64,000 nt of DNA from contig CAWFXL010000001.1 of assembly GCA_963819815.1 (NCBI GenBank), forward strand, positions 1,312,001 through 1,376,000, given 5' to 3'. The notes below the pieces were generated by a model, which had not been told where the DNA came from, did no database searches, and saw only the letters and a program-made list of their open reading frames with translations. A program made the position numbers and the translations under genes. This DNA comes from an uncultured bacterium (GTDB lineage Bacteria > Babelota > Babeliae > Babelales > Babelaceae). Position 1 is the stretch's first letter; each line of letters begins with the position of its first letter. Shown here piece by piece: positions 50,737-60,880 of the stretch.

Positions 50737-51399
50737 TTATCGAGCCATAAGGGAAGAGCGGAGGGCTTTGATTGCAAATACGGGATTATGTCCTGAAAAG
50801 ACTGCCGATCCGATGATGAGTTGGTCTGCACCAGCCTTTACAAGTGCTTGGACATTTTCTTGGTCGATTCCTCCATCTATGGCTATTACATAGGGTTTAT
50901 GGGATTCTTTTCCTATGTTGATGGCTTCCTGCAGCTTGAGTAAAACTAGCGGCATGAACTCTTGGCCTGAAAAACCTGGATGCACTGACATAAGAAGGAG
51001 ATGGTTAAAGGGGGCTGAAACTTTTTTAAGGATGCTCGAAGAGGTTTCGGGATTAAGGGCTAGGCTTGGTATCCATCCATACGAGCTTATTAAGTGCACA
51101 AGTTTGTCTAACGGTAAGCTTGAAGGGCTTTCAGGATGGACTGCGACAATATCACCTTGTTGAAGTATTACCCGTTCAAAGTAGCGTTCGGGGTACTCGA
51201 CCATAAAGTGCACGTATAGAGGCTTTTGGGTTGCCTTGCGTATGGCATTAATGGTATCAGGGCCTAGGGTAAGATTAGGAACGAAATGGAAATCCATGAC
51301 ATCAATATGGTACCCGTCGACATAAGGATCAAGCTGTGCGAGCTCCTTTTCAAGATTAAGGAGATTGGCAGCGATTAAGGAGGGAAAGAGTTGTATCAT
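50737..51399 (-). CDS. rpe: Ribulose-phosphate 3-epimerase
   Basis: PSLIAAN, HIDVMDFHFVPNLTLG, MSVHPGFSGQ, IDGGI. Confidence 0.95.
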   Translation of the reverse strand: MIQLFPSLIAANLLNLEKELAQLDPYVDGYHIDVMDFHFVPNLTLGPDTINAIRKATQKPLYVHFMVEYPERYFERVILQQGDIVAVHPESPSSLPLDKLVHLISSYGWIPSLALNPETSSSILKKVSAPFNHLLLMSVHPGFSGQEFMPLVLLKLQEAINIGKESHKPYVIAIDGGIDQENVQALVKAGADQLIIGSAVFSGHNPVFAIKALRSSLMAR

Positions 51400-51648
51400 A
51401 GCTATAACCGAGCGTAACCTTTTGAGTACTCACGATAGTTCCTGTATGCATGAAATCTATCATTTCACCATGTATTTGTAAACTATGAGAACTGTTTCAC
51501 CGGCTATTTTGTAGAATGGGGTACAGCACACATAGCGAGAAACTCGCCTTGACCAGCATCGACTAATCTTTAGGATGGGTTCAGTGTCCACTAGTAGGTC
51601 CCCTAGTAGCCACCAAGTGAAGGTTATGGGAGTTGTACTATTCAGTCA

Positions 51649-54600
51649 CTAGCGGCGATTGAGCCATGCATGTACATTTGAGCCAACTATGATAGCGGCG
51701 CAGGAGATACCCAAAACTAACATTTGAATTTTCTCCAATTTCGCCTGGTGTTTCCGCTTACATGCCTCTTCGTAGGATTGCTTACCTCCTAAGTCGCTTA
51801 GAATCTGTAAAATTTTCTCTTTATCCGTCTTCTTTTTCTCTGTGTACTCTAAACTAAGGGTCTGCTCATATGCATCAGCTATGATTTCACGTGAACATCT
51901 TGGTGCGAGAGCTTCTACATGCTCAGACGTGAGAGAATTAACGGCATACCAGAGCGCCGTGCGTCCCTTAGCGTCACGCATTTCTATAAACCCTTGAGAG
52001 AGCCTTGCAGCAAGCTTCTTGATTGGATGGGGCGAATAGCTCCAATCACTATCGTTAACGGCATGGAAAAGTACCGTTTTGCACTCTGGGTCTTTTTCTA
52101 GGCGGTCTATAGTTTCTTGTGAGCTGCGCTCAGAGAGTGTTTCTATATCGTACCATGAATGGGCTTCTACCGCACGCAAAAGGGCACTTTTGCCCTGCTC
52201 GTCAACCTTATCTATCGTACTTGGGGAGCTTTGCCATGCAAGTGACTCTACCATACCCCAATTGCGTACCGCTACTGCATGAGCTAAGGCGGTTTTTCCC
52301 TCAGCATCAGTGATGTCCCCTAAATGGAGCCCGCCTTCAGCAGTAACTCTTAGCCAAGAAGGATCCTCTCTGTGTGAAGCTCTACCATATTGACTGATTA
52401 ACCTATCAAACTTATTGTAGTAATGCTCACGTGGTGTTGTCTGTATAATTCTGATTAAAGAGCCTCGTATGAGAGATTCGTCGGCATGCTCAAAGAATAC
52501 TTGGGCTAACTTTCCTTCGACACAATAATTGCCCGTCATGCAGTTACTCGCAGCATACGCAAATGCATTGTTCCCCTCGTTGTCATCGATAGTAAGGCTT
52601 GCTTTATGTTTCAGCAAAGCCTTTATAACATCCAAGATGATTTCTCTATTGGCAGTTCTCTTCTTGAATACTTTCAGTGTGCAGAGTAATGCCGTCTCTC
52701 CCTCATTATTTTGCACATTAATGGTTTCTTGTATCGCTCTATGAGCTAATAACATCTCAACAACGGGATGATTATTTTCAGAGAGAGGCACCTTTTTACA
52801 TGCATGGATGAGTGTCGTATCGCCGTCTTCGTCCTGCACTCCAGCATCGGCACCATGTTCAAGTAAATGCGCAACAGTTCTTTGAGCAGCGTCTATCGGG
52901 CACCCTGACAAACATGCCTCTATCGCATACCTAAGTGCAGTTCTTCCTTTTTTATCTCGTAAGTTTACTCCCTCAGGGCATGCTTTCATGTACTCTAAAA
53001 GCATGCGGACTTCTTCGTCAGCGCATTTTTCTGCTGACAACATCAGAGCCGTCTGTCCATCGCTATTTTGCACATTGATGGACTGTTGTACTGATGCATG
53101 TGCTAACAACAGCCCCAAAAGTTGATGATTGTTTTCACGGCGAGGAGCATTTTGACATGCACAGATGAGCGCTGTATTGCCGTTATTGTCCTGCATTCCA
53201 GCATCGGCACCTTCTTCAAGTATATGCGCCATAATCTTTGGGGTAGCATCTGTCGGGCATGTTGATTCGCATGCTTCTACCGCATACATAAGTGCAGTTT
53301 TGCCTGTATTATCCCGTCCATTTATCGCCTCTGGGTATTCTTTCATGTACTTCAATAGTCTGTAAACTTCTGAGATCTTGCCCAGTTGAGATGACAACAT
53401 TAGAGCAGTACAGCCATGCTCATTACAACTGAGGGCATGAGCTCGATGTTTTAAGAGTGTGTCCATGGCCAACCAGCCCATGCGCTTTGTGCCCGCAACA
53501 ATCACCAGCGCTGTACGTCCTTGCAAATCGATACTATCGACGGGAACACCATAGTCTAGAAGAACTTCAAGCATTTGATGATCGCAATCTACAGCAGCTT
53601 TTAGGTATGCATCCTTCAATGGATGGTTTGCTCCAAGCTTTAACAAAACTGCTACTGCAGGGGCATTGGAGTAAGACAGCTCCCTTGCAAGCCTATTGTC
53701 AATATTGTAACCAGGTGCTTTTGCTAAGAGCAATGGAACGATGTCAGGAGAGTGCCTCAATGCTATGTCGAGCGCATTTTGGTTATCATAATTGCGTACC
53801 AGAGGGTTAGCTCCTAGCTCAAGAAGACGTGTCACTATTGATCTCGTCCAGTCTGCTGAATGTGCTGCCGCTGTCATCAGTGCCGTTGTTCCATTTTTAT
53901 TCTTTATATCAACAAACTTAGGAGATGCCTTTGAAAGGCACATAAGAGCTACCTCTTCACTACCATAGGCTCGACTCACTGCATACATAAGGGGAGTCTC
54001 TTGATCATTGTTCTGAGTATCGACAGAAGCATTATGTTCGAGTAATATCCTCATATCTTGTAAAGAATATCGTGCATCCATTCTTCGGGTTTTAATCGCA
54101 TGCACAAGAGGAGTATTTCCTAGTTTATCTTGTTCATGAATATCAGCTCCCTTTGATATAAGTGCTGCCACGACGCCTTTGCTCTGTGCTAACTTGGCAG
54201 CCAACATAAGAGCAGTTTCCCCATCGTTATTTTTCATAGAAACTGTCTCCGTGGAGGCCCTTGAAAGGCATAGTGTAATAACCTCTAGGTCACCAGAACG
54301 TAGAGCCCACATGAGTGGTGTATCACCTGCGGTATTCTGCATGCCAACATCAGCACCTGACTGAAGTAAGAACGTAATGCCATCTAATGAAGAGTCTACT
54401 ACGTCATCATCATTATCGTTAGAAGGCACTGCTGAACCTGTTGTATTTCTAAGAGCATAGACTAACGGAGTATTACCTTCCTCGTCCTTCCAATTTACTT
54501 GAGCACCTCGTTGAAGAGTGTCCTTCATTTGCTCAGAGTTTCGTTCAGATGCTGCCTTCCCAAACTCACGTTGTACCGCACGTTGACCCTCGATTACGAG

Positions 54601-55806
54601 TGCTGCAACACCACGCTGTGTAAGAAGTGTGATCATTGAATTGTTGCCAGCAGCGAGAGCTCGATGATATGCAGCAATTAGCCCATCATTCATTGCCCCA
54701 TGATTAAAGAAGTACTCAGCTGCTGGAGCTGATCCGCAGCGTAAGGCCGTCTCAAGTCCTCTATGTACATCATAGCCGCCAATCTTTTCAACCAATAGGG
54801 GTACGACATCGGGACATTTAGCGAAGGCAAAATCGATGAGATCTGCACCGGGAATGTCCATGATGGCTGCTCCCTTGTTTAGGAGCAATGGCACGATACT
54901 TGTAGCCCAAGGGCTTTCAATCGCTATCATGAGTGCAGTTCGGCCTCTTTTATTCTTTTTGATAACTGCATCCTGTTTCGCTCCTAAAAGGCATGCTTTC
55001 GCAAGAGCTTCACTGCCATATTCCCTATCTATCGCATACATAAGAGGAGTTGCGCCATCTTGATTTGCTATGCCTACATCTGCACCCCTTTCAAGAAGAA
55101 GTTCAATTACATCTAACGATCGACTTGATGCTGTTCTACTCGCTTTGATTAGGTAGGCAAGGGCAGTATTTCCTGTTGAATCTTTCTCATTAACCAGAGC
55201 CCCGCGAGCAATAAGTTCATTGAGCAACTCTTTGCTTTTTCCGGCCCGAGCTGCCAGAATAAGGGCAGTCTCTTCTTTATTGTTCCTCATAGAAGTTATT
55301 TTGGGATCAGTCTTTGCAAGGCATAGGGTAGCTATAGCCCCATTCTCATGTGTTACCGCAAGCATAAGGGGCGTATCTCCCCTACTATTTTGTATGCCCA
55401 CATAAGCACCATGCTCAAGTAGAAACGCCAACGCTCCTAAGGAACATCGCATGCCTTTAAGTAAATTCAAAAGCACCGTATTACCTGAGGCATCTGTACG
55501 ATTTACCAAAGCGCCTTGTGAAATACAGTCTTGCATCTTTGCTGTATCGCCTGCCAAAGCAGCTTCCAAAAGTTGATTTTGAGCAAGAACGATCATGGCA
55601 GCTTGATGTGCTACCTCAGGATCCTCTAGGAGGTTGCGGGCTAAGCCTTGTTGGTTAATAATCTGCGGAATCCTCTCCTCTACTCTATGTTCGCTCTTAG
55701 ATGTTGTTGTAGAAGAATTTGTTTGGACAAGCATAGTATTCATCGCAGAACAGCAGGTCGCTATACTGACCAAGTAAGAAATTTTTGCCAGGTTGAGCAT
55801 TTTCAT
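51649..55806 (-). CDS. Large exported ankyrin-repeat protein (>20 repeats) with C-terminal TM
   Basis: Repeated GxT(P/A)LMxA...LLxxGAD, signal peptide, C-terminal MLVLGISCAAIIVGS. Confidence 0.92.
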   Translation of the reverse strand: MKMLNLAKISYLVSIATCCSAMNTMLVQTNSSTTTSKSEHRVEERIPQIINQQGLARNLLEDPEVAHQAAMIVLAQNQLLEAALAGDTAKMQDCISQGALVNRTDASGNTVLLNLLKGMRCSLGALAFLLEHGAYVGIQNSRGDTPLMLAVTHENGAIATLCLAKTDPKITSMRNNKEETALILAARAGKSKELLNELIARGALVNEKDSTGNTALAYLIKASRTASSRSLDVIELLLERGADVGIANQDGATPLMYAIDREYGSEALAKACLLGAKQDAVIKKNKRGRTALMIAIESPWATSIVPLLLNKGAAIMDIPGADLIDFAFAKCPDVVPLLVEKIGGYDVHRGLETALRCGSAPAAEYFFNHGAMNDGLIAAYHRALAAGNNSMITLLTQRGVAALVIEGQRAVQREFGKAASERNSEQMKDTLQRGAQVNWKDEEGNTPLVYALRNTTGSAVPSNDNDDDVVDSSLDGITFLLQSGADVGMQNTAGDTPLMWALRSGDLEVITLCLSRASTETVSMKNNDGETALMLAAKLAQSKGVVAALISKGADIHEQDKLGNTPLVHAIKTRRMDARYSLQDMRILLEHNASVDTQNNDQETPLMYAVSRAYGSEEVALMCLSKASPKFVDIKNKNGTTALMTAAAHSADWTRSIVTRLLELGANPLVRNYDNQNALDIALRHSPDIVPLLLAKAPGYNIDNRLARELSYSNAPAVAVLLKLGANHPLKDAYLKAAVDCDHQMLEVLLDYGVPVDSIDLQGRTALVIVAGTKRMGWLAMDTLLKHRAHALSCNEHGCTALMLSSQLGKISEVYRLLKYMKEYPEAINGRDNTGKTALMYAVEACESTCPTDATPKIMAHILEEGADAGMQDNNGNTALICACQNAPRRENNHQLLGLLLAHASVQQSINVQNSDGQTALMLSAEKCADEEVRMLLEYMKACPEGVNLRDKKGRTALRYAIEACLSGCPIDAAQRTVAHLLEHGADAGVQDEDGDTTLIHACKKVPLSENNHPVVEMLLAHRAIQETINVQNNEGETALLCTLKVFKKRTANREIILDVIKALLKHKASLTIDDNEGNNAFAYAASNCMTGNYCVEGKLAQVFFEHADESLIRGSLIRIIQTTPREHYYNKFDRLISQYGRASHREDPSWLRVTAEGGLHLGDITDAEGKTALAHAVAVRNWGMVESLAWQSSPSTIDKVDEQGKSALLRAVEAHSWYDIETLSERSSQETIDRLEKDPECKTVLFHAVNDSDWSYSPHPIKKLAARLSQGFIEMRDAKGRTALWYAVNSLTSEHVEALAPRCSREIIADAYEQTLSLEYTEKKKTDKEKILQILSDLGGKQSYEEACKRKHQAKLEKIQMLVLGISCAAIIVGSNVHAWLNRR

Positions 55807-56276
55807 GATATTTTTCCTGATAGTATAGAACATATGAGGTTTTGCAGATTCTACAAGAGCTTTGTAGCTTGTAGCCCATTATGCTGAGAGTAAAGCAGAA
55901 TGCGACCAGTACCTTTCAATTCTATCCAGGCTATTCCCAGCCGTCAAATTTAGTAAAAAATTTTTCATATCATGTGAGCAGTCTCGGTATGATTCCTGCA
56001 AAATAGAAATCAAATAACCTGGTCAGCATTGGTGAACTATGCTGTAGCTACTGGTCTAAATTTTGGGGTTCCTTATACTATGTGCCCATTATTGAATGAA
56101 TTGAGGAGATATTTTGGCTATGTATGCCGGTTATCACAGGGGACAAAGGATGAGTTTTGAGCAGCAGGAAATCTGAGTGTACTTCTATAAAATATTTGCA
56201 GGTCTATTCTATTGTGCTATACTATACTGATGTAAGTATTAAATGAATATCCATGATTACCCAGAGGAGTAATAGT

Positions 56277-56567
56277 ATGGTAGAAAAAATTCGTCCATTG
56301 CTTGATCGCGTCTTGGTTAAGCGTCTAGAACATGAAGAAAAGTCAGAAGGGGGTCTTTATATCCCTGATGTAGCCAAAGAAAAAGCACAAACTGGTAAGG
56401 TTATTGCTATAGGAACCGGCAAGGTACTAAGTGACGGTACCGTGCAGAAAATGAGCGTCAAAGTTGGCGATGTTGTGTTCCTTCCTAAGTACGCAGGTAC
56501 TGAAGCAAATAAAGATCATATCATTATTAAAGAAGATGAAATTTTAGGTATTGTTAAGAATAATTAA
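56277..56567 (+). CDS. groES: Co-chaperonin GroES
   Basis: IRPLLDRVLV, GGLYIPDVAKEK, VKVGDVV. RBS GAGGAG. Confidence 0.96.
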   Translation: MVEKIRPLLDRVLVKRLEHEEKSEGGLYIPDVAKEKAQTGKVIAIGTGKVLSDGTVQKMSVKVGDVVFLPKYAGTEANKDHIIIKEDEILGIVKNN

Positions 56568-56578
56568 GAGGTGACATC

Positions 56579-58232
56579 ATGGCAGGAAAAAGAATATTAT
56601 TTGGAGCTGAAGCACGTCAAAAGACTTGCAAAAGGTGTTGATACTCTTGCTGATGCAGTAAAGGTAACTCTCGGGCCCCGTGGTCGTAATGTTGCTTATG
56701 AGAAGAAATTTGGTGCACCGGCTATTACCAAAGATGGTGTAAGTGTTGCAAAAGAAATTGAACTAGCTGATCCTATTGAAAATATGGGCGCACAAATGGT
56801 TCGTGAAGTAGCAAGCAAAACTGCTGATGTTGCCGGTGATGGTACGACCACAGCTACGGTGCTTAGCGCAAGCAATTTTTCGAGAAGGTAATAAATATGT
56901 TACTGCTGGTGCTAATCCTATGGAAATTAAACGTGGTATTGATAAAGCGGTTGCCGTTGTCGTTGAAGAGATTAGAAAACTGCTCGAAAAGTAAGCGACA
57001 AAAAAGAGATTGAGCAAGTTGCAACTATTTCTGCAAACTCTGATTCGACTATTGGTGAAGCAGATTGCTGAAGCAATGGAACGTGTTGGTCGCGATGGTG
57101 TTATTACCGTTGAAGAAGCAAAAGGCATGGAAAGTGAAATTTCATTTGTTGAAGGTATGCAATTTGATCGTGGCTATATTTCTCCTTATTTTGTAACTGA
57201 TCAGGAAAAGATGGAAGCAGTGTTACAAGATCCGTATATTCTTCTTTATGAAAAGAAGATTTCAAGCATGAAGAGCTTGCTTCCGATTCTTGAACAAGTT
57301 GCAAAATCTGGTCGTCCTCTCTTAATTATTGCAGAAGATGTTGAAGGTGAAGCTCTTGCTACCTTAGTAGTTAATAAGCTTCGTGGCACATTGAATGTTG
57401 TTGCAGTAAAAGCTCCAGGCTTTGGCGATCGTCGTAAAGCAATGCTTGAAGATATTGCAACATTAACCGGTGGTAAACTGATTTCTGAAGATATTGGTTT
57501 AAAGCTTGAAAATGTACGCTTAAAGATCTTGGTCATGCTAAGAAAGTATTAGTTACCAAAGATACCTTCACTATTATTGAAGGTGCAGGAGCATGATGCG
57601 GCTATTAAAGGTCGTATTATGCAAATCAAAGCTCAAATTGAAAATACAACATCAGATTATGATAAAGAAAAACTGCAAGAACGTCTTGCAAAACTTTCAG
57701 GTGGTGTTGCAGTTATTAAAGTTGGTGCAGCAACTGAAACAGAAATGAAAGAAAAGAAAGATCGTATTGAAGATGCACTACATGCAACACGTGCAGCAGT
57801 TGAAGAAGGTATTGTTGCTGGTGGTGGTAGTTGCATTACTTCGTGCACAAGCAGTTGTTGAAAAACTTAAACTTGAAGGTGATGAACAGCTTGGGGTGCA
57901 AGATTGTAGCGCGTGCACTTGAAGAACCACTACGTATTATTTCTTCAAATGCTGGCTTTGAAGCTTCAGTAGTTGTTAATCAAGTTCGTCAAGAAACAGG
58001 CAATATTGGTTTTGATGCAAAAACTGGCGAATATGTTGATATGATTGCAGAAGGTATTATTGATCCTGCTAAAGTAGTGCGTTCTGCATTTCAAAATGCA
58101 GCATCTATTGCTGGCTATGCTCTTAACGACTGAAGCGCTCATTACTGAGATTCCAGAAGATAAGAAAGAAGTAGCCATTCACATGGTGGTGGAATGGGCG
58201 GCGGTATGGGTGGCATGCAAGGCATGTACTAA
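56579..58232 (+). CDS. groEL: Chaperonin GroEL with multiple frameshifts (probable assembly errors)
   Basis: [44 protein letters not shown] and the GGMGG tail are spread across frames. Confidence 0.9.
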
Positions 58233-58252
58233 TACCTACGCATAAAAAAATG

Positions 58253-58287
58253 AGGATCCCGTGGCTGTCAAAGGCTGCGGGATCTTT
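58253..58287 (+). terminator. groEL terminator
   Basis: aggatcccgtggc...gctgcgggatcttt. Confidence 0.65.
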
Positions 58288-58337
58288 GCTGCGGTAATAT
58301 TCTTACTTCCTTGAGCTTGCCTGATTTCTAACGTATG

Positions 58338-58389
58338 GGATTGCATTCCTACTTTTTCATAAAAAAACAGGGAGTGCAATCCATAGTCA
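58338..58389. repeat. 52-bp palindromic direct repeat, copy 1
   Basis: ggattgcattcctactttttcataaaaaaacagggagtgcaatccatagtca. Confidence 0.9.
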
Positions 58390-58445
58390 TGGGCATTGTG
58401 TGTATTGAAGGGATTTATGAGCATTCCTGAGTTCTATGAGCTGTC

Positions 58446-59678
58446 TTAATAAAGAAAGCCAAATAACCACAGTGGGATTTTTTTACCAATTCCATTTTCT
58501 ATGCTATCAATGGCAAGAAAGGCATTGTGTTCTCCTATGATCTGCTCACTGGATTTTTTGCGTCCTCCTATCTCAAAAAGATAAGTGCTATCAACTAGGA
58601 AATCAGCCTTAGGAGGTAGTTTGACGTGGTGTCTTTCAGAAACCATGGTAAGAAAAAAGAGCTCTCTTTCAGTTCCTATATGCGGATCTTCTTGGCTAAA
58701 GGCATTCATTTGATTTGGATTATCAAGATACACCTTCTCTGAATGTTTTAGGTGGTCGAGTTTATGGTTTTCCTTTCCTAGTGACCTGATAAGGGAGGCG
58801 TCTTCAAGATAGGAAAAGTAGGTTTTTAAGGTGCGAGTATCTCCTACATCGAGTATTTCTTTAATGTTATTCCAGTTTGGGGTAAAAGGTACCGATTTCG
58901 CTATGAACAATAAGAGTTCTTTAAGTTTAGTTATGCTGAGACCATTTAAATGTGGATAGATTGCTGTAAGATCCGCTTCTAGTGTACTTTGAAGATTTTG
59001 CACGAGCGTAATGACATAGAGTTCTTTATTCGGGAGCTCTAAAAAGTACGGATAGTACCCATACTTTAAATAGTACTGAAAGAGTGGCAGAACCTTGTGA
59101 TTCTTTTCTTCAAGGGCTTTAATGATCTCATCGGCATACTGTTCATGATGCTGAAGAATAGTGGAAAGCTCGAGAGCTTTTAATTCTATCGGCACATACA
59201 ATTCAAGAAACTCGCGAAATGAAAGCCCTACCATGTGATATTTGATGGCACGGCGCGCTAGATCGTGACTTCCTTGGTATACCTGAAGTGCTGAGCTTCC
59301 TGAGGTGACTACGGTGAGCTTAGGAAATGTATCGTAGATGCTTTTAAGTTCTTGAGACCAGTTAGGATACTTATGGATTTCATCAAAGGCTATATATTTT
59401 CCACCCATAGCGGAAAATTCATCAGCGATTTCATAAAGGGACGTTGTACCCATTAAAAAATGGTCGGCTTGAACATAGAGAATTGAAGGATCATAGAGGT
59501 CTTGTGACACCTTGTCCAACAAAAACTGTACAAGGGTCGTAGTTTTTCCAATGCCTCTTTGTCCCAATAAGAGAGAAAGACGATGCTTAAATGGTTGAGA
59601 TTGGATGAAATAGCGCCGATAAGGCGAGTTTTTAAGTTTTAAAAAGCCTTGGCTTAATTGTCTCAGCTCTTCAAGCAT
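58446..59678 (-). CDS. AAA_14 / DUF4143 family ATPase
   Basis: GQRGIGKTT, FDEIHKYPNW, SGSS, GLSFREF, YLKYGYYP, KVYLDNP, ADF...FEIGG. Confidence 0.88.
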   Translation of the reverse strand: MLEELRQLSQGFLKLKNSPYRRYFIQSQPFKHRLSLLLGQRGIGKTTTLVQFLLDKVSQDLYDPSILYVQADHFLMGTTSLYEIADEFSAMGGKYIAFDEIHKYPNWSQELKSIYDTFPKLTVVTSGSSALQVYQGSHDLARRAIKYHMVGLSFREFLELYVPIELKALELSTILQHHEQYADEIIKALEEKNHKVLPLFQYYLKYGYYPYFLELPNKELYVITLVQNLQSTLEADLTAIYPHLNGLSITKLKELLLFIAKSVPFTPNWNNIKEILDVGDTRTLKTYFSYLEDASLIRSLGKENHKLDHLKHSEKVYLDNPNQMNAFSQEDPHIGTERELFFLTMVSERHHVKLPPKADFLVDSTYLFEIGGRKKSSEQIIGEHNAFLAIDSIENGIGKKIPLWLFGFLY

Positions 59679-59694
59679 ACTGACCTCCTGGTGT

Positions 59695-59779
59695 GGATTG
59701 CATTCCTACTATATTCTATCAAATTATGGATTACATTCCTACTTTTTCATAAAAAAACAGGGAATGCAATCCATAGTCA
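59695..59779. repeat. 52-bp palindromic direct repeat, copy 2 (59728..59779), plus an extra half-site (59695..59710)
   Basis: ggattacattcctactttttcataaaaaaacagggaatgcaatccatagtca has 2 mismatches to copy 1. ggattgcattcctact lies next to the RBS. Confidence 0.9.
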
Positions 59780-59948
59780 GTAGCATCATGCTTGCTGTGG
59801 GTGATTGTGGCCCCCCCCCGGGGGCTTTATGGGCCTTCTCAATGGGAAATGCGGTCCTCGACATCTCGGCTTTATCAACTCAGTGGTCTTATGCGCTAAG
59901 GGTGTTTGATTCGGGCGACGTTTCTTGTAGGCAGGGGAGATTTGGCTC

Positions 59949-60815
59949 TTAGGTGTATATACACCTTGCAATTGAATTACATACTTCCAGGGCATCTTTC
60001 AGGGTATGCTGGAAAATAGACCTTCCTATTGCTGCTCCTGCAGTGCCTCCGATGATCATATCTTCCTTCAGAGAGGCCATGAGCTGGGCTGGATCTTTAA
60101 AAGAACCGCCTGCGGTGACAACCTTTGTGTTTCCAGCAGCTTCGACGATAGTTCTAAGAAGTTGAGCTCGTGTGGCATCTTTGGTGGCCTCAGGCGCATG
60201 AATTTTTACAAAGTCAGCACCAAGACATGCAGCTACGCCAACGGCCCCTGCAAGGAGCTCAGGATCGGTTGGATGAAGAATTGCTTTCCCCCGAGGGTAC
60301 ATCCAGATGATAGCAAGGAGCCCTTGTTGATGTGCTTGAAATACTGCTTGCGCAGCCTGTTCAAGCATGAGATCTTCATAGGTACTTCCTAGATAGACCG
60401 TTACTCCTATACCGGTGACGGTCAGTCCAGAGCTTTTCTGAAAGTCTACGACATCTTTGACCGTCCATAAGATTCTACTCAAAGGATCTTTCTCTTCGAT
60501 GGGTATTAGGGGCGTTTTTGAGTTGAGCTTAATAATGTAGGGGATCTTTGAGTAAGCAGAACCATAGCGTGCGATGAGGCCGAGCTGTGTAGCCATACCG
60601 CCTACGTTTGCTGTGCTTGCTATCTTAAACAGATGCTCAGGGGTATGTATTTCTTGTGAGACGGCTGCTCCTCTGAAGTCCTTATCTAAGTGCTCAATTT
60701 TATGATCAGCGGAAAAAAGAAAGAGCTTGCCTGTTCCTTTAGTAAGCAGGGTATAGTTTTTCACATATTCGCTATAAGCTGACAGGGGAACATCCTTAGG
60801 AATAAGTACGTTCAT
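59949..60815 (-). CDS. Class I fructose-bisphosphate aldolase (DhnA family)
   Basis: ADHKIEH, IIKLN, WMYPRG, GADFVK (Schiff-base Lys), AGG, GRSIFQ. Confidence 0.88.
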   Translation of the reverse strand: MNVLIPKDVPLSAYSEYVKNYTLLTKGTGKLFLFSADHKIEHLDKDFRGAAVSQEIHTPEHLFKIASTANVGGMATQLGLIARYGSAYSKIPYIIKLNSKTPLIPIEEKDPLSRILWTVKDVVDFQKSSGLTVTGIGVTVYLGSTYEDLMLEQAAQAVFQAHQQGLLAIIWMYPRGKAILHPTDPELLAGAVGVAACLGADFVKIHAPEATKDATRAQLLRTIVEAAGNTKVVTAGGSFKDPAQLMASLKEDMIIGGTAGAAIGRSIFQHTLKDALEVCNSIARCIYT

Positions 60816-60880
60816 AGTATCTCCTTTTGATCCTTCTTATATAGAAGTACCATAAAGAAGTGATCCAAGCCAAGAGTTCG

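Noticed and set aside
56160..56276. CIRCE element upstream of groES
   Set aside because: No TTAGCACTC-N9-GAGTGCTAA found, only a plausible sigma70 promoter
58338..59779. CRISPR array or integron attC sites
   Set aside because: Only two full copies, 1.4 kb apart; no spacers, cas or intI genes; no GTTRRRY/RYYYAAC core arrangement
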